From assembly GCA_964522375.1 (NCBI GenBank), contig CAZFVB010000008.1, positions 1 through 50,621 of the forward strand: a stretch of 50,621 bases of DNA, written 5' to 3'. Source of the DNA: an uncultured Chloroflexota bacterium (GTDB lineage Bacteria > Chloroflexota > UBA11872). The first letter of the stretch is position 1. Each line of letters begins with the position of its first letter. The notes under the pieces were generated by a model. The model saw only the letters and a list, made by a program, of their open reading frames with translations. It searched no databases and was not told the DNA's origin. A program made the position numbers and the translations under genes. This document shows, one piece after another, positions 48,758 through 50,621 of this stretch.

Positions 48758-50621
48758 ATGCGAACCCCGGAGCAAGACACATCACTCCGAGGCGACATAC
48801 GTCGCCTCGGCGCGCAGCTCGGCGCTTCCCTATCCCGCCAAGGCGGACCCGACCTCCTTCGACGCGTCGAGGAAGTGCGCCGGCTCGCCCGCGCCCTGCG
48901 CCACCGTGACGAAGTTGGGAGCGAGCTAACCGAGCTTCTCAGCGGCCTCGACGTCAACCAGGCCAGCAATCTCGTCCGCGCGTTCACCTCCTACTTCCAC
49001 CTCGCCAACACCGCCGAACGAGTCCACCACATCGACGATCTGGCCGAGAACCGATCGACCCGGTCCAGACGCTTCTCCGAAACCGTCGAGCACCTCCTTG
49101 GTCAGGGATTCGAACCCCACGAGATCGCCGACGAAGCCAACACCGTCCAGCTCTACCCCGTTTTCACGGCACATCCGACCGAAGCCTCCAGGCGCAGCAT
49201 CCTGGACAAGCTTGCGGAGATAGCAACCCTCATAGAGCAACGCGCTGTGGACCCAGAAGGACCAAAGGCCGCGCGAATCGATCGCCGAGTCGACGCCCTC
49301 CTCGACACAATCTGGCAAACCGACGAGCTCCGGCGTGCCCGTCCAGAACCCCTCGACGAAGCACGCTCGATCCTCTACTTCCTCACCGAGATGCTCACCG
49401 AAGGCGTACCCGAGCTTTTAGAGGACATCGACGCAGCCCTGAGAGAACATGGCCAACGCCTGGACGGAAAGGCACAGCCACTTCGCTTCGGCTCATGGGT
49501 CGGCGGGGATCGTGACGGCAACCCCCACATCACATCCGACACGACACGCGACGTTCTCGACTACCAACGCAGCCGCGCTCTGCAACTCCTCATAGCCGAG
49601 GTCTATGGGCTGTCGGCCGAACTCAGCGTCGCCAGCACCGTCCGAAGCGTCTCGCCCAAACTGCAGACCCAACTAAACGCCGACAGCGCCGCGTTCCCCG
49701 AGGTTCGAGACCGACTTCGAGCAATCAGCGCGGGCGAGCCCTACCGCCAGCGCCTCGCCGTCATCCACCACCGCCTCCTCGCGACAGCCAAACCGTCGCG
49801 CGCTTCGGGCAGGTACCTGCGACCCGCAGAGCTCGCTCACGACCTCACCACCATCGCTGAGTCGCTCGAAGCGACAGGCGGAGACCTCATCGCCCGCGGC
49901 CGCGTTGCCAGGGTGCGCCGCATCGTCGACATGGTGGGATTCCACCTCGCAACCCTCGACATCCGCCAGCACAGCGACCACCATCACGCCGAGCTAGAGC
50001 AGCTCTTCGCTGACGCCGTCGGCACGGACTACACACAGCTGAGCAGATTCGAACGGACCGACCTACTGGCTGAAGAACTCCGGTCCCCTCGGCCACTCTC
50101 CGCATCGCAAGTTGGCGACCCGGACGGGGCACGACGCTTGCTCGAGACGCTCCGGACACGCATGGACGAATACGGCGACGAGATCGTCGAAAGCTACATC
50201 ATCTCGATGACCAGAGGCGTCGACGACATTCTCGCCCCTGCCGTGCTCGCCCGCGACGTCGGCCTAATCAACGTCTCAGCCGGGGTCGCACGCCTCAACT
50301 TCGTGCCCCTGTTCGAAACCATCGACGACCTGAGACGGGTCGGACCGATTCTGCGCGAGCTGCTCGCCATCCCTGCGTACCGAGAACTCGTATCACTGCG
50401 CCACAACGCCCAAGAGGTGATGGTCGGATACAGCGACTCAAACAAGGACGGCGGCATCACGACCAGCCAATGGGAAATCCACAAGGCCCTACGGACCATC
50501 TCGCAGGTCGCTGACGAAACCGGGGTAGAGATCACAGTGTTTCACGGCCGGGGCGGGACCGTCGGGCGCGGCGGCGGACCCGCTCACGTCGCCATCCTCT
50601 CCCAACCACCAGGCGCAATAC
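48758..50621 (+). CDS. ppc: Phosphoenolpyruvate carboxylase (bacterial type); 3' end runs off the window
   Basis: Not in the ORF track. Manual translation MRTPEQDTSLRGDIRRLG...; motifs FHLAN.AE, VFTAHPTE, GSWVGGDRDGNP, LDIRQ, PLFET, VMVGYSDSNKDGG and FHGRGGTVGRGGGP. Confidence 0.95.
   Translation, partial: MRTPEQDTSLRGDIRRLGAQLGASLSRQGGPDLLRRVEEVRRLARALRHRDEVGSELTELLSGLDVNQASNLVRAFTSYFHLANTAERVHHIDDLAENRSTRSRRFSETVEHLLGQGFEPHEIADEANTVQLYPVFTAHPTEASRRSILDKLAEIATLIEQRAVDPEGPKAARIDRRVDALLDTIWQTDELRRARPEPLDEARSILYFLTEMLTEGVPELLEDIDAALREHGQRLDGKAQPLRFGSWVGGDRDGNPHITSDTTRDVLDYQRSRALQLLIAEVYGLSAELSVASTVRSVSPKLQTQLNADSAAFPEVRDRLRAISAGEPYRQRLAVIHHRLLATAKPSRASGRYLRPAELAHDLTTIAESLEATGGDLIARGRVARVRRIVDMVGFHLATLDIRQHSDHHHAELEQLFADAVGTDYTQLSRFERTDLLAEELRSPRPLSASQVGDPDGARRLLETLRTRMDEYGDEIVESYIISMTRGVDDILAPAVLARDVGLINVSAGVARLNFVPLFETIDDLRRVGPILRELLAIPAYRELVSLRHNAQEVMVGYSDSNKDGGITTSQWEIHKALRTISQVADETGVEITVFHGRGGTVGRGGGPAHVAILSQPPGAI

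Noticed and set aside
48688-50535. Several minus-strand ORFs at the right end
   Set aside because: Antisense shadows of ppc, which the track missed because it has no stop in the window.
1-50621. CRISPR arrays, transposases, prophage or defence systems
   Set aside because: No regularly spaced repeats and no transposase, integrase or phage motifs were seen by eye.

Overview
Bacterial chromosomal segment of about 50.6 kb, gene-dense and mid-50s % GC. Gene content (Tat lipoproteins, MurT/GatD, HspR, no LPS genes) suggests a monoderm, possibly Chloroflexota; this is inference. From left to right it holds: (1) a minus-strand surface-glycan cluster (small membrane protein, rmlD, GT2, hypothetical, O-antigen-ligase-like protein, 2x GT4, 2x GT2, WcaJ-type priming transferase) ending in a Tat/NHL-repeat lipoprotein that runs off the left edge; (2) miaB plus a Tat lipoprotein with SPOR-like and beta-propeller domains; (3) YkgJ, Eis-like GNAT, NUDIX and creatininase-family genes; (4) a lon-dnaK-grpE-dnaJ-hspR-clpC operon with a HAIR-like operator over a leaderless promoter; (5) a frameshifted membrane-protein remnant; (6) a shikimate operon aroF-aroA-aroE-aroC-aroK-aroB preceded by two palindromic operator-like sites, a possible leader peptide and an attenuator-like terminator; (7) a membrane domain fused to a gamma-carbonic-anhydrase-like domain, an enolase-superfamily enzyme, lysA, HIT, Rieske, gatD-murT, glcE-like, tRNA-Pro(CGG), amidohydrolase, trxB, a solute-binding lipoprotein, lgt and a ChlD-like chelatase subunit; (8) a higher-GC right end with an internally deleted gcvH remnant and ppc, which runs off the edge. 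No CRISPR array, rRNA or intact mobile element was seen. The strongest novelty candidates are the aro-operon regulatory region, the putative lipoprotein O-glycosylation locus, the membrane/gamma-CA fusion and the gcvH-remnant/ppc block.
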